From NCBI GenBank assembly GCA_947459185.1, contig CANHCU010000003.1, forward strand, positions 4,870 to 68,869: a stretch of 64,000 nt of DNA, written 5' to 3'. Of the stretch, positions 55,873 through 64,000 are shown piece by piece; position 1 is the stretch's first letter, and every line of letters starts with the position of its first letter. Below the pieces are notes generated by a model, which saw nothing but the letters and a program-made list of their open reading frames with translations, had not been told where the DNA came from and ran no database searches. The translations under genes were made by a program, and so were the position numbers. Origin of the DNA: Planctomycetaceae bacterium (GTDB taxonomy: Bacteria > Planctomycetota > Planctomycetia > Pirellulales > UBA1268).

Positions 55873-56787
55873 TCATGTGTAGCGGGCGTAGCCGAGGTGC
55901 CGCATGGTGTTGGCCAGCCGGTCTTCGATGCCGCGGCCCATGGAGTGGTCGATGTAGTCCGACCAGAGTTTGTCGTTCTCTTTAATCGGTCCTGAGAGCA
56001 GCGGATCCTGACGCCAGGAGTCGAGGCCGGGCGTCCGCAGGGCCACGCAGTTCGCGTCGTACGGCTCGCCGATAAACGAGCAAATCCGGGCGAACGTGTC
56101 TGGCGGCGCAGCGGTGAAGTCTTCGTAGCGAATCAGCAACAATCGGGAGGCGAGTCGCTCGGCCTCTGCGATTGTCGCCTCGTAGGCCTGGGAGAACGTC
56201 AGTGGCCCCACGCTCTGCAGCCAGCGGATGCTCGGCGAATCAGCGGGCTCTGTCTGCACGGCGACGCCGAGCCGGCGGCGATAGGAGCTGTAGACGTCGA
56301 GGGGATGACGGATCATGCAGAGAATCCGGGCGTCGGGGAATGCCGAGAGGATTTGCGGGAGCCGATGGATGTGGTCGGGCGTCTTCTCGACGATCCGCTG
56401 CACGCCGCGGGCGCGGGCCGCATGCAAGAAATAGGCCCGCAGGGCGGCGTCGTTTTGGCCGAGCCGCCATGCCAACGCCCGCGCCCACCGGCTTCGGTCG
56501 GTCACGCGGCGGAGCAGGGGGGCGGCGGGCAGTCGGCCGCTCCATTCCGGCGGCAGCGAGCGGAGGAGCTCTTCCTGTTCCTTTGCATCGTGCAGCAGGT
56601 AATCCCAGGCCTTGCCCTGCCGCTCGCGGATGCTTGCAGGGTTGAGAAACACCCGCGATTCGGTGAGATCGAAGCCCCCGGGGCTGCGGGTCGGCTTGAA
56701 TCGCTCGTGGGCCTGGAGCGCAAGGTAGAGCCGACTGGTGCCGCTCCGCGGAACGCCGACGATGAAGACCGGGCTGGTGGTGGGCAT
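55873..56787 (-). CDS. Sulfotransferase (2 of 3)
   Basis: VFIVGVPRSGTSRLY (5'-PSB), CMIRHPLDVYSSY (3'-PB) and LLIRYEDF. Confidence 0.75.
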   Translation of the reverse strand: MPTTSPVFIVGVPRSGTSRLYLALQAHERFKPTRSPGGFDLTESRVFLNPASIRERQGKAWDYLLHDAKEQEELLRSLPPEWSGRLPAAPLLRRVTDRSRWARALAWRLGQNDAALRAYFLHAARARGVQRIVEKTPDHIHRLPQILSAFPDARILCMIRHPLDVYSSYRRRLGVAVQTEPADSPSIRWLQSVGPLTFSQAYEATIAEAERLASRLLLIRYEDFTAAPPDTFARICSFIGEPYDANCVALRTPGLDSWRQDPLLSGPIKENDKLWSDYIDHSMGRGIEDRLANTMRHLGYARYT

Positions 56788-56805
56788 TGCGTGGCGCCGT
56801 GCGAG

Positions 56806-58074
56806 TCAGGGGCGAAACATCTCTCGCGTCGAGCGTGTCATGAAGGGGCGTTCGAACCAGCGATGGAAGAGCCAGGCAATCACCAGACTGCCCGGGATGC
56901 CGAGAGCCAGCAGCGTGGCAAGTCGCGGCGCCGGCGGCAGGGCGAGTGCCTGGGTGGTCCACTTCAGAAGCACGATCCACTGCAGATGGGTGAGGTAGAG
57001 ACTGTAGCCGCACAGGCCCAGCGACAAGAGCCAGCGTGATTCGAGTATGCCGCACACGCGGCTCGCAACGGGACCGGTTCGCGACGATGCAGCGGCGACG
57101 CTCGGGTGTCCGACCGCCAGCCAGACGATGCCTGAAGCGACACAGATGCCGGCAAGAACGTCGGGGATCCAACGGATGCGTAGCGGAAAATGATTGTAGG
57201 GCACCGCAACCCACCGCGTCCCGTCTTTGGCCAAGACGGTCGCGTCGAGACGCCACACAACGATGCAGAGGATCACGACCAGCCCGGCCGTGATGGCCCC
57301 CCAGTTGGCCTTACGCATCGACCGGCACAGCGGCGCTGAACCGAACGCCAGGACGGCGGCCACCATGCCCGAGGCAAACACCGGAATCAGCCAAGGGAAC
57401 TGGTAAAATATGATGTCGCGGGCACAGAGTTCCGTGAGCACGGCCGCGATTGCCACGCAGAGAGCCACGGCCGTCCACAGGCCATAGCGATGCCAAACGG
57501 GAACGAGCACCAGCGCAAACAGCAGATAGATCTGCCACTCGCACGCGATCGTCCAGAACACACCCGTCATGCCCGCCGCCCACTTGCCGTCAAGGTTGTG
57601 GACAAGAAACAGGTGGGAGACAACACTGGGAATTGTCGAGTCGCGGGCGACCATGCGTGTGAGCTTTCGCCAGGGGGCGATGCCATAGAGGGCAAGCCCC
57701 CGCTCGACCGCCAGAAAGAAGGCCATCGACAGGAAGTAGGCCGCATAATACGGCGACAGAATGCGGATTGCGCGGCGGCGAAGGAAATCGAAGAGCCCGC
57801 CCGGCAACTGGCCGCCATGAAGCACCACCGGCATCGCCAGGAGAAAACCGGAGAGGACCAGGAACGCCGGCACCGCCAGATGGCCGTGCATGATCGGGGC
57901 CATGAGCAGGGCGATCGCCGGCCGCGAACGGTCGATCCCCAGCCCTGCCACAAGATGAAAAAGAACCACCGTCAACGCCAGCACGCCGCGCAGCCCGTGG
58001 AGAAAATCGAGTCTGGGTCGCTGAAGCTGCTCGTGATCCACGCTACGCCGTCGTCCGTTCCATGCGGGCCTCAT
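56806..58074 (-). CDS. Acyltransferase family 3 membrane protein (O-acyl/acetyltransferase)
   Basis: RLDFLHGLRGVLALTVVLFH plus about 10 predicted TM segments. An alternative GTG start lies at 58041. Confidence 0.8.
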   Translation of the reverse strand: MRPAWNGRRRSVDHEQLQRPRLDFLHGLRGVLALTVVLFHLVAGLGIDRSRPAIALLMAPIMHGHLAVPAFLVLSGFLLAMPVVLHGGQLPGGLFDFLRRRAIRILSPYYAAYFLSMAFFLAVERGLALYGIAPWRKLTRMVARDSTIPSVVSHLFLVHNLDGKWAAGMTGVFWTIACEWQIYLLFALVLVPVWHRYGLWTAVALCVAIAAVLTELCARDIIFYQFPWLIPVFASGMVAAVLAFGSAPLCRSMRKANWGAITAGLVVILCIVVWRLDATVLAKDGTRWVAVPYNHFPLRIRWIPDVLAGICVASGIVWLAVGHPSVAAASSRTGPVASRVCGILESRWLLSLGLCGYSLYLTHLQWIVLLKWTTQALALPPAPRLATLLALGIPGSLVIAWLFHRWFERPFMTRSTREMFRP

Positions 58075-58079
58075 CGTTT

Positions 58080-59354
58080 ATGAAAATCCTACTCTCGCTC
58101 GATGAGATGTCACCAGGCGGCGGGCCGAAGTTCATGATGAACCTCGGCCAGCATCTGGTCGCCGCCGGGCATGACGTCACCGTCTGGGTCGAGCGGAAGG
58201 GGGAATGGTGGCCCGAGTTGGCCGGTCTGGGCGTCTCCACCGACTGCCCGCCGCTCAATCCCAACGACAGCCTCGTTCACCGGGCCGGGCTGGTGGCCGC
58301 CTCCTGGAGTAGCCAGCGGTTCGACGTGGTATTTGTCAATGTCAGCGGGTTCAATCGACTTGCCCACTGTGCCTGCCACCTGCTGAGCGACGATATCGCG
58401 GTGGCGTATGTGCTGCACGGCGACTGGCGGGATCTCTACGACCTGGCCGAGATAGACGTGCGGGCCTGGAACTGTGCGGTGGGCGTCAGTCCCAAGGTTC
58501 GCGAAGGCGCCTCAGCCCGCTTTCCTACCAAACCCGTGATCGGGATCGACAACGGCATCGAACTGCCCACGGCGGCCGAGCGGCAATCCCGCCGTGCCTG
58601 GGAGCTGCCGCTGCGGCTCCTTTTTGTTGGCCGTCTGATCGACTCGCACAAGGGCGTTTTTAGACTGCCCATGATCCTCGCAGCCTGCCGGGCCCGCGGT
58701 CTGCAGGTTACGCTTTCGGTGATTGGAGATGGCCCGGATGGACGGCGACTGACGCGGCTTTTTGCCACGGAAGGAGTGGGCGACCTTGTGACGATGATGG
58801 GCATGCAGCCACCATCGGCCATCGCCGCAGCGATGCGGGATCATCATGTCTTCGTGTTTCCGACCAACACCGAAGGGATGCCACTAGTCGTTCTGGAGGC
58901 CGAGGCCAACGGCTGTGTGCCGGTGGTCACGCTGCTGCCGGGCATCACCGATGTCGCGGTCGAGGATCGGGTGACGGGTCGGCTGATGACGCTCGGCAAT
59001 ATCGAGGAGTGTGTCGATCACATCGCCGACATGATGAATCGCGACGTCTGGCAGCGGCACAGCGACGCCGCCATGGCCCGCACCGAGCGGCTTTTCTCGC
59101 TTGCTGCCATGGGCCAACAGTATGAGTCGCTCGCGGCGGCGCTGGCCCGGGGTGAGCATCCGATCGAGCGGCCCTACAATCGTTCGCGGGCACTCTCCGA
59201 CGTGCCGTTCATCTGGCAGGACCATCTGCCCAGGGCCGTATTGCGGTGTCTGCCGATCAAGACGGTGCGGGAAGTGCGGCGGCGGAAGAACAAGGCGGTG
59301 CGTGCCATCCGGCGGATGAAACTCTTCAACCGCGATCGGCCGAAGCCAGGTTGA
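58080..59354 (+). CDS. Glycosyltransferase family 4 (GT-B)
   Basis: MKILLSLDEMSPGGGPKF, LLFVGRLIDSHKG and VFPTNTEGMPLVVLEAEANGCVPVV. Confidence 0.85.
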   Translation: MKILLSLDEMSPGGGPKFMMNLGQHLVAAGHDVTVWVERKGEWWPELAGLGVSTDCPPLNPNDSLVHRAGLVAASWSSQRFDVVFVNVSGFNRLAHCACHLLSDDIAVAYVLHGDWRDLYDLAEIDVRAWNCAVGVSPKVREGASARFPTKPVIGIDNGIELPTAAERQSRRAWELPLRLLFVGRLIDSHKGVFRLPMILAACRARGLQVTLSVIGDGPDGRRLTRLFATEGVGDLVTMMGMQPPSAIAAAMRDHHVFVFPTNTEGMPLVVLEAEANGCVPVVTLLPGITDVAVEDRVTGRLMTLGNIEECVDHIADMMNRDVWQRHSDAAMARTERLFSLAAMGQQYESLAAALARGEHPIERPYNRSRALSDVPFIWQDHLPRAVLRCLPIKTVREVRRRKNKAVRAIRRMKLFNRDRPKPG

Positions 59355-59386
59355 CGGCCGAAAGACCATTTGCCAGAGCAGGCCTC

Positions 59387-60307
59387 ATGCCCAAGCCCAA
59401 CTTCCTGATTGTCGGCGCCCAGAAGTGTGGCACCGACGCGCTCTATCACGCGCTGCAGCAGCATCCGGACATCGCCATGAGTCCGAACAAGGAGCCGTTC
59501 TTCTTTCTCATGGACGGCAGGCTGCCCGACTACCGATTGCCCGGGCCGCGGTATACGAACCGGCTGGTCTACGACTGGGACGCCTACCAGCAACTCTTCG
59601 CCGGGGCCGAAGGCAAGCGGGCGATCGGTGAAGCCTCCGCGATCTATCTGAGCAGCTACTTTCCGGAAAAGACCGCCGCACGAATTCACGAACGTATTCC
59701 AGCCGCGAAGCTCATCGCGTTGGTGCGTCAGCCGGCGGAGCGGGCCTATTCTGCCTACAACTTCTACCGTGCCCGCGACTTCGAGTCGCTGGCGAGCTTC
59801 GCGGAGGCGCTCGCCGCCGAGCCGGCGCGGATCCAGGCCAACGATACGCCCGACTTCCGGTATCGGATGAACGGTTTTTATGACGCCAACCTGAAGCCGT
59901 ATTACGCCATTTTTCCCCGCGAGCAGATCCAGGTCTATCTCTTCGAGGAATGGAACGCCGATCCCGCCGGCACGCTGCGAAGTATTTTCCGCTTTCTGGA
60001 CGTCGACGAAAACATGCCGATCGGTGTCGAACGAAGGAATGTGACCCACCGGTATCGGAGCCAGCAGTTGCACCGCTTCCTCGCTCGTCCGGGGCGATTT
60101 GGCAAACGGCTGCGCGGCTTCCTGCCGGCCGGCTTCCGGTCGCGGCTGGATCGCTGGAATCAGATGCAGCCGCCGCCGATGCCCCCCGAACTATGGCGTG
60201 AACTGACCGGAGGCTACCGGGAGGATATCCTCAACCTCCAGGCAAGGATCGGCCGAGACCTCTCGCACTGGCTGAAGCATGACCGCCCGGGAGCAGTGCG
60301 GCGGTAG
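59387..60307 (+). CDS. Sulfotransferase (3 of 3)
   Basis: PNFLIVGAQKCGTDALY (5'-PSB), LIALVRQPAERAYSAY (3'-PB) and VYLFEEW. Confidence 0.8.
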   Translation: MPKPNFLIVGAQKCGTDALYHALQQHPDIAMSPNKEPFFFLMDGRLPDYRLPGPRYTNRLVYDWDAYQQLFAGAEGKRAIGEASAIYLSSYFPEKTAARIHERIPAAKLIALVRQPAERAYSAYNFYRARDFESLASFAEALAAEPARIQANDTPDFRYRMNGFYDANLKPYYAIFPREQIQVYLFEEWNADPAGTLRSIFRFLDVDENMPIGVERRNVTHRYRSQQLHRFLARPGRFGKRLRGFLPAGFRSRLDRWNQMQPPPMPPELWRELTGGYREDILNLQARIGRDLSHWLKHDRPGAVRR

Positions 60308-60338
60308 TGGCTGTCGGCCGGTCGCCGAAGACAATCGA

Positions 60339-61565
60339 ATGAACATCGCCATCTGTCTCAACAAGGTGCAGCCCCGCGACGGTACGAGCCACTTCGCGAC
60401 CCAGCTCGGTGAGATGCTGATGGCGGCCGGGCACGAAGTCACGCTGGTGGCGGGCATGAGGTCGCAGCCCCACGAACTTGCGCACCTTCCCGTGGGCTTG
60501 GCCTACGTGCACACGCGGCCTGGACGATGGGACAGCATGGTCCGGGACCTGGCCAACATCGGAGGATTGTTTCGGCGGGCCCGGTTCGACGTTGCCTTCG
60601 TCTGCCTGGGCGTGCCGCCACGTCATCTGGCTCACTTCCTCCACCGGCTCCCGGACTCGACCGCGATCGTGCCGATCGTCGTGACCGACAGGCTTATTGT
60701 TTACGAGCCATTGGCGCGGAGTGCGGCAGCGTGGAACGTTGCGGCAGCGATCTGCCCGCGACTGGTGGGTGAGCTCCACAATCGCGTGCCGGGCAAACCC
60801 GTACGGCTGATGATGACCGGCGTGCCGCATCCGACCGACGCCGAACTGGCGACCCGGGCCGCCCATGGCACGCCGCTGCGGCTGCTCTTCGTTGGCCGTC
60901 AGGCCGGTCGCAAGAACGTTCTCATGCTGCCGGCGATTCTGGCGGCGTGTCTCCGTCGCGGGATCGATGCCACGCTCACGATATGCGGCCATGGCCCCGA
61001 TCACGAGTCGTTGGTGGATGCGTGCCGCTCCGCGGGCCTGTCACACCTGGTCGAGTTTCCGGACGTGCCCGAGCAGAAGGGGCTCTATGAGACCTATCGG
61101 CAGCACCACGTGCTCCTGCTGACGTCGAGCTATGGCGAGGGACTGGGGCTCGTGTTGCTGGAGGCTCAGGCCAACGGCTGCGTGCCAGTGGCCTCACGCC
61201 TCCAGGGAGTCTTCGACTTCGCAATCGAAGAAGGCGTGACTGGCCTGTTGGCGGAGATCAAGAACGCGGACGACTTCGCCGAACAGATCGCCACGCTGAC
61301 CGCCCCGGATCGTTGGCAGCAGTTGAGCCGCGCCGGCGTCGCCCGGACACGCGAACTGTTTACCTACGAAGCGATGGCACGAGACTATCTCGCGCTCTTG
61401 GCTGATCTTGAGCGTGGCGACTATTCCGTGCCAAGGCCACGTTCAACGCTGGCACGGCCTTCGCTCCGCTGGACGGCCTACCTGCCGCCGCCGGTTCTGG
61501 AACGGTATGCCCGTCTGCTGCCCAGTTGGCAGCCTGTCGTTCCACCCGATCCGGACCCTCCATGA
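60339..61565 (+). CDS. Glycosyltransferase family 4 (GT-B)
   Basis: MNIAICLNKV, LLFVGRQAGRKN and LLTSSYGEGLGLVLLEAQANGCVPV. Confidence 0.85.
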   Translation: MNIAICLNKVQPRDGTSHFATQLGEMLMAAGHEVTLVAGMRSQPHELAHLPVGLAYVHTRPGRWDSMVRDLANIGGLFRRARFDVAFVCLGVPPRHLAHFLHRLPDSTAIVPIVVTDRLIVYEPLARSAAAWNVAAAICPRLVGELHNRVPGKPVRLMMTGVPHPTDAELATRAAHGTPLRLLFVGRQAGRKNVLMLPAILAACLRRGIDATLTICGHGPDHESLVDACRSAGLSHLVEFPDVPEQKGLYETYRQHHVLLLTSSYGEGLGLVLLEAQANGCVPVASRLQGVFDFAIEEGVTGLLAEIKNADDFAEQIATLTAPDRWQQLSRAGVARTRELFTYEAMARDYLALLADLERGDYSVPRPRSTLARPSLRWTAYLPPPVLERYARLLPSWQPVVPPDPDPP

Positions 61566-63310
61566 TGCGGCGAGAATCCTCGATGCAACGCGGCGGGTTA
61601 CCGGGCTTCGGACGGCTGACGGCGATCGCGCAGCGAGTCCACCGCCGGTTGCAGCGACGTTCCTACGATTATTGCGTGTGGTCTGAATGGTTCGGCAAGC
61701 GGTGTGGCAGTGGCGCGCATCGTGCGCTGCCATCCCAGGCCCACACGCCGCTGTTTTCGATCCGTATGGGCGTGTCGACGGTGCAGCCGCGGCACCTGCG
61801 CCGTGCGGTGGAGTCGGTGCTGGCCCAGCGGTATCCGTTCTGGAAGTTGTGCATCGACGTTGACGCAGCCGCATCGCCGGCCGTGCGCAGAAGTCTGACG
61901 GCATATCAGGGACGTGACGCGAGGGTGATCGTACGGCACGACGCCGTTGAGCCGACGACGGCGGCCACATCGCCGGTCCCGGCCGACGAGACATTCATCG
62001 TCTGGCTGCACCCGGATGACGCCCTCGCTCGCGACGCCTTGGAGCAGGTGGCGCAGGCCGTCAGCGACCACCCAGACGTCCACCTGCTTTATGGTGACGA
62101 AGACTCGCTGGGGCGATTCGGCCGCCGTGTGCAGCCCCGGTACAAGCCTGCCTGGAGCCCGCACCTGCTCCGGAGCCACAACTTCATCGGCCGCCCGTGG
62201 TTCATCCGATCCGATCTCTGGAGTAGGCTCAATGTTCCGCCATTCGGCTGCAACGAGGACCTTGAGCACGACCTCCTCCTGCAGGCCGCTGAGCAGGTGC
62301 TTCCCGGAGCCGTGCATCACATCCGGCGTGTGCTCTATCACCGGCGGCTCGAAACGCGGACCGGCGAGGCCGATTCCCGGAACAGCGCCCGTCGAACAGA
62401 GTCGTCACAGTGGGCTGTCGAGGCGCATCTAAGTCGCTCTGGCATCGCCGCCACGGTCGAGTCGATCCCCGGCTGGCCTGGCTTCAATCGCATCGCCTAC
62501 GCCGTTGAGCCGAAGCCGCGGGTGAGCGTGATCATTCCCAGCCGCGACAAGGTGACATTGCTCAAGCGATGCATGACCGGTCTCCAGCAACAGACCGACT
62601 ATCCGGCGATCGAACTGGTCATACTCGACAACGGAAGCGTCGAGCCCGACACGCTGGCCTACCTATCGGCCCTCGCTGGGCAGGCGAACGTTCAGGTGCT
62701 GCGCGTGGATGCACCATTCAACTTTTCGGCCCTGTGCAACCGAGGGGCATGGGCGGCCCACGGCGACATTCTCTGTTTTCTGAACAACGACATGGAGATC
62801 ACGCACCCAGAGTGGCTCCACGAACTGGTCGGTCTCTCCGTGCAGCCTGAGATCGGGGCCGTCGCTCCCTTGCTACGCTATCCTGACGGTCGCATTCAGC
62901 ATCTCGGGATTCGAGTCGATCCTCCCTGGCCGCGGGTGATCGGCGACGGCTGGCGGGAGCCTTTATCGCGACAGGATGCGTCGCGGCTGCACGTGGTGCA
63001 TGATCTGTCGGCGGTCAACGGCGGTTGCCTCGTAACGCGACGCGACGTGTTTACGGCAGTGGGAGGTTTCGACGAGGCCCTGCCGGTAGCCTACAACGAC
63101 GTCGATTTCTGTTTCAGCGTGCGCAAGGCCGGCTTCTGGGTCGTGGTGACCCCCTTCGCCGAACTCAACCACGAACTCTTCGCGTCGCGACGGGACGTGC
63201 CGAAGCCGGACCGGCGGCGCGACTGGCAGGATGGCATCCGCTACCTTCAGGTCAAGTGGCCTGATCAGTGGGGGAGCGACCCGTATCTGACTGTTTCCGA
63301 TCGAGCATAA
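61562..63310 (+). CDS. Two-domain glycosyltransferase family 2
   Basis: Domain 1 has FSIRMGVSTVQPRHLRRAVESVLAQRYPFWKLCI..WLHPDDAL. Domain 2 has VSVIIPSRDKVTLLKRCMTGL..LVILDNGS and FLNNDMEI. The start overlaps the upstream stop (ATGA). Confidence 0.8.
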   Translation: MMRRESSMQRGGLPGFGRLTAIAQRVHRRLQRRSYDYCVWSEWFGKRCGSGAHRALPSQAHTPLFSIRMGVSTVQPRHLRRAVESVLAQRYPFWKLCIDVDAAASPAVRRSLTAYQGRDARVIVRHDAVEPTTAATSPVPADETFIVWLHPDDALARDALEQVAQAVSDHPDVHLLYGDEDSLGRFGRRVQPRYKPAWSPHLLRSHNFIGRPWFIRSDLWSRLNVPPFGCNEDLEHDLLLQAAEQVLPGAVHHIRRVLYHRRLETRTGEADSRNSARRTESSQWAVEAHLSRSGIAATVESIPGWPGFNRIAYAVEPKPRVSVIIPSRDKVTLLKRCMTGLQQQTDYPAIELVILDNGSVEPDTLAYLSALAGQANVQVLRVDAPFNFSALCNRGAWAAHGDILCFLNNDMEITHPEWLHELVGLSVQPEIGAVAPLLRYPDGRIQHLGIRVDPPWPRVIGDGWREPLSRQDASRLHVVHDLSAVNGGCLVTRRDVFTAVGGFDEALPVAYNDVDFCFSVRKAGFWVVVTPFAELNHELFASRRDVPKPDRRRDWQDGIRYLQVKWPDQWGSDPYLTVSDRA

Positions 63311-64000
63311 AGAGCACGCCACCGATCAGGCCGCTGAGGATCGTGCAGGCCAGCCAGAGCAGGCCGATGGCCACTGCCCGCTCCGGCAGCACGTCATACG
63401 GCTTGAGTAGCAATTCGAGCCCCTGCTCGCGGATGCCCAGGCCGAGCATGCTGATCGGGAGCACCATCGCCAGCGTGAGAATGGGCACCACGGCGAACCA
63501 CACGGCCATCGGCAGCGACACGCCCAACGACCGGGCGACGAGTGCCACGGCCACCGAGCCGCCCATCTGGATCAGCAGGCTCCAGGCCACCGCGCGGGTC
63601 ATCAGGCCGGGCTGCTGCTGGTAGGGCAACAATCGGGCGAGGAATTGCCGCGCCGCATGCTGTTCGGGGATGAGTGCCAGGAGCCGATCGATCGAGCCGA
63701 CGCCGAGCCAGAAAGCCAGCATGGCCGCTCCGAGCAGTGCCGCTCCCACGGCGAGCGCGGCGGGAAGCGAAAGCCCACCGCGTGTGGCCAAGAGGGCGGT
63801 GCCTCCGAGCACACCCACCGCCGCCAGGCCGGCGAGTCGGTCGGCGACGATGGTGCAGCCGGCCAGCAGCCGGCTCGATGTCGAGTCGGCCAGCCTAAAT
63901 GCCTTGAACACGTCGCCGCCGATCGATGACGGCAGGCAGAGGTTGAAAAACGTGCCCTCGAAGAACCGCCAGAGAAACGTACCGAGCGAGTGGGGGAAGC
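63252..64000 (-). CDS. Flippase-like / lysylphosphatidylglycerol-synthase TM-region family membrane protein (UPF0104-like), 5' end off-window
   Basis: The frame is open to the window edge. NLCLPSSIGGDVFKAFRL is followed by multiple TM segments. Its 3' end overlaps the convergent GT2 gene by 59 nt. Confidence 0.6.
   Translation of the reverse strand, partial: FPHSLGTFLWRFFEGTFFNLCLPSSIGGDVFKAFRLADSTSSRLLAGCTIVADRLAGLAAVGVLGGTALLATRGGLSLPAALAVGAALLGAAMLAFWLGVGSIDRLLALIPEQHAARQFLARLLPYQQQPGLMTRAVAWSLLIQMGGSVAVALVARSLGVSLPMAVWFAVVPILTLAMVLPISMLGLGIREQGLELLLKPYDVLPERAVAIGLLWLACTILSGLIGGVLFMLDRKQSDTGRSPTDQAT

Noticed and set aside
63252-63310. 59-nt convergent overlap of the two-domain GT2 and the flippase-like gene (also nrdR/moaC 16 nt and dtxR-like/PTPS-like 14 nt)
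   Set aside because: 3'-end overlaps of convergent genes are common in compact high-GC genomes. There is no evidence of a functional element, so it is noted only as an annotation detail.
1-64000. Scan for CRISPR arrays, rRNA genes, intact transposases or prophage blocks
   Set aside because: No regularly spaced direct repeats, no rRNA-like conserved stretches, and no transposase or phage structural ORFs were seen. The only mobile-element trace is the truncated serine recombinase at the left edge.

Overview
High-GC chromosomal segment whose gene content points to Planctomycetota: a DUF1559 pilin-like protein paired with a small lipoprotein, a giant secreted beta-helix/LamG protein, Fae/Mch/Mtd tetrahydromethanopterin (H4MPT) C1 genes, and HTH-receiver regulators. 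I call about 55 protein genes, 2 tRNAs (Met-CAT, Lys-CTT), an SRP RNA directly upstream of dnaX, and a long RNase P RNA. Housekeeping genes include mutS, dnaX, recR, rpoN, nrdR, moaC, smc, rimI, hflX, rsgA, ppk1, a cbpA-like dnaJ, rnpA, yidD and fabI. Many gene junctions overlap by 4 nt (ATGA or GTGA), indicating tight operons. The left edge carries a truncated large serine recombinase that ends inside a hairpin repeat. The right 14 kb, starting 22 nt after tRNA-Lys, is a glycan-biosynthesis island with gmd, 6-7 glycosyltransferases, an acyltransferase, a flippase-like membrane protein, three sulfotransferases and a decayed GT4 pseudogene. Three unrelated intergenic hairpin-repeat families are present. 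Items most worth follow-up: an A9 slippery run in dnaX at the position where other bacteria make the gamma subunit; the sulfotransferase-rich glycan island; a FlgI-like/HEAT fusion translationally coupled to smc; a 7-4-7 palindrome repeated around a local two-component system; DtxR-box-like inverted repeats between mch and a DtxR-family regulator; and a 145-nt rod-like intergenic element with two AGGAU-loop hairpins. No rRNA, CRISPR array or intact transposase/integrase was seen. All calls rest on reading the sequence and the ORF translations; no database search was run.
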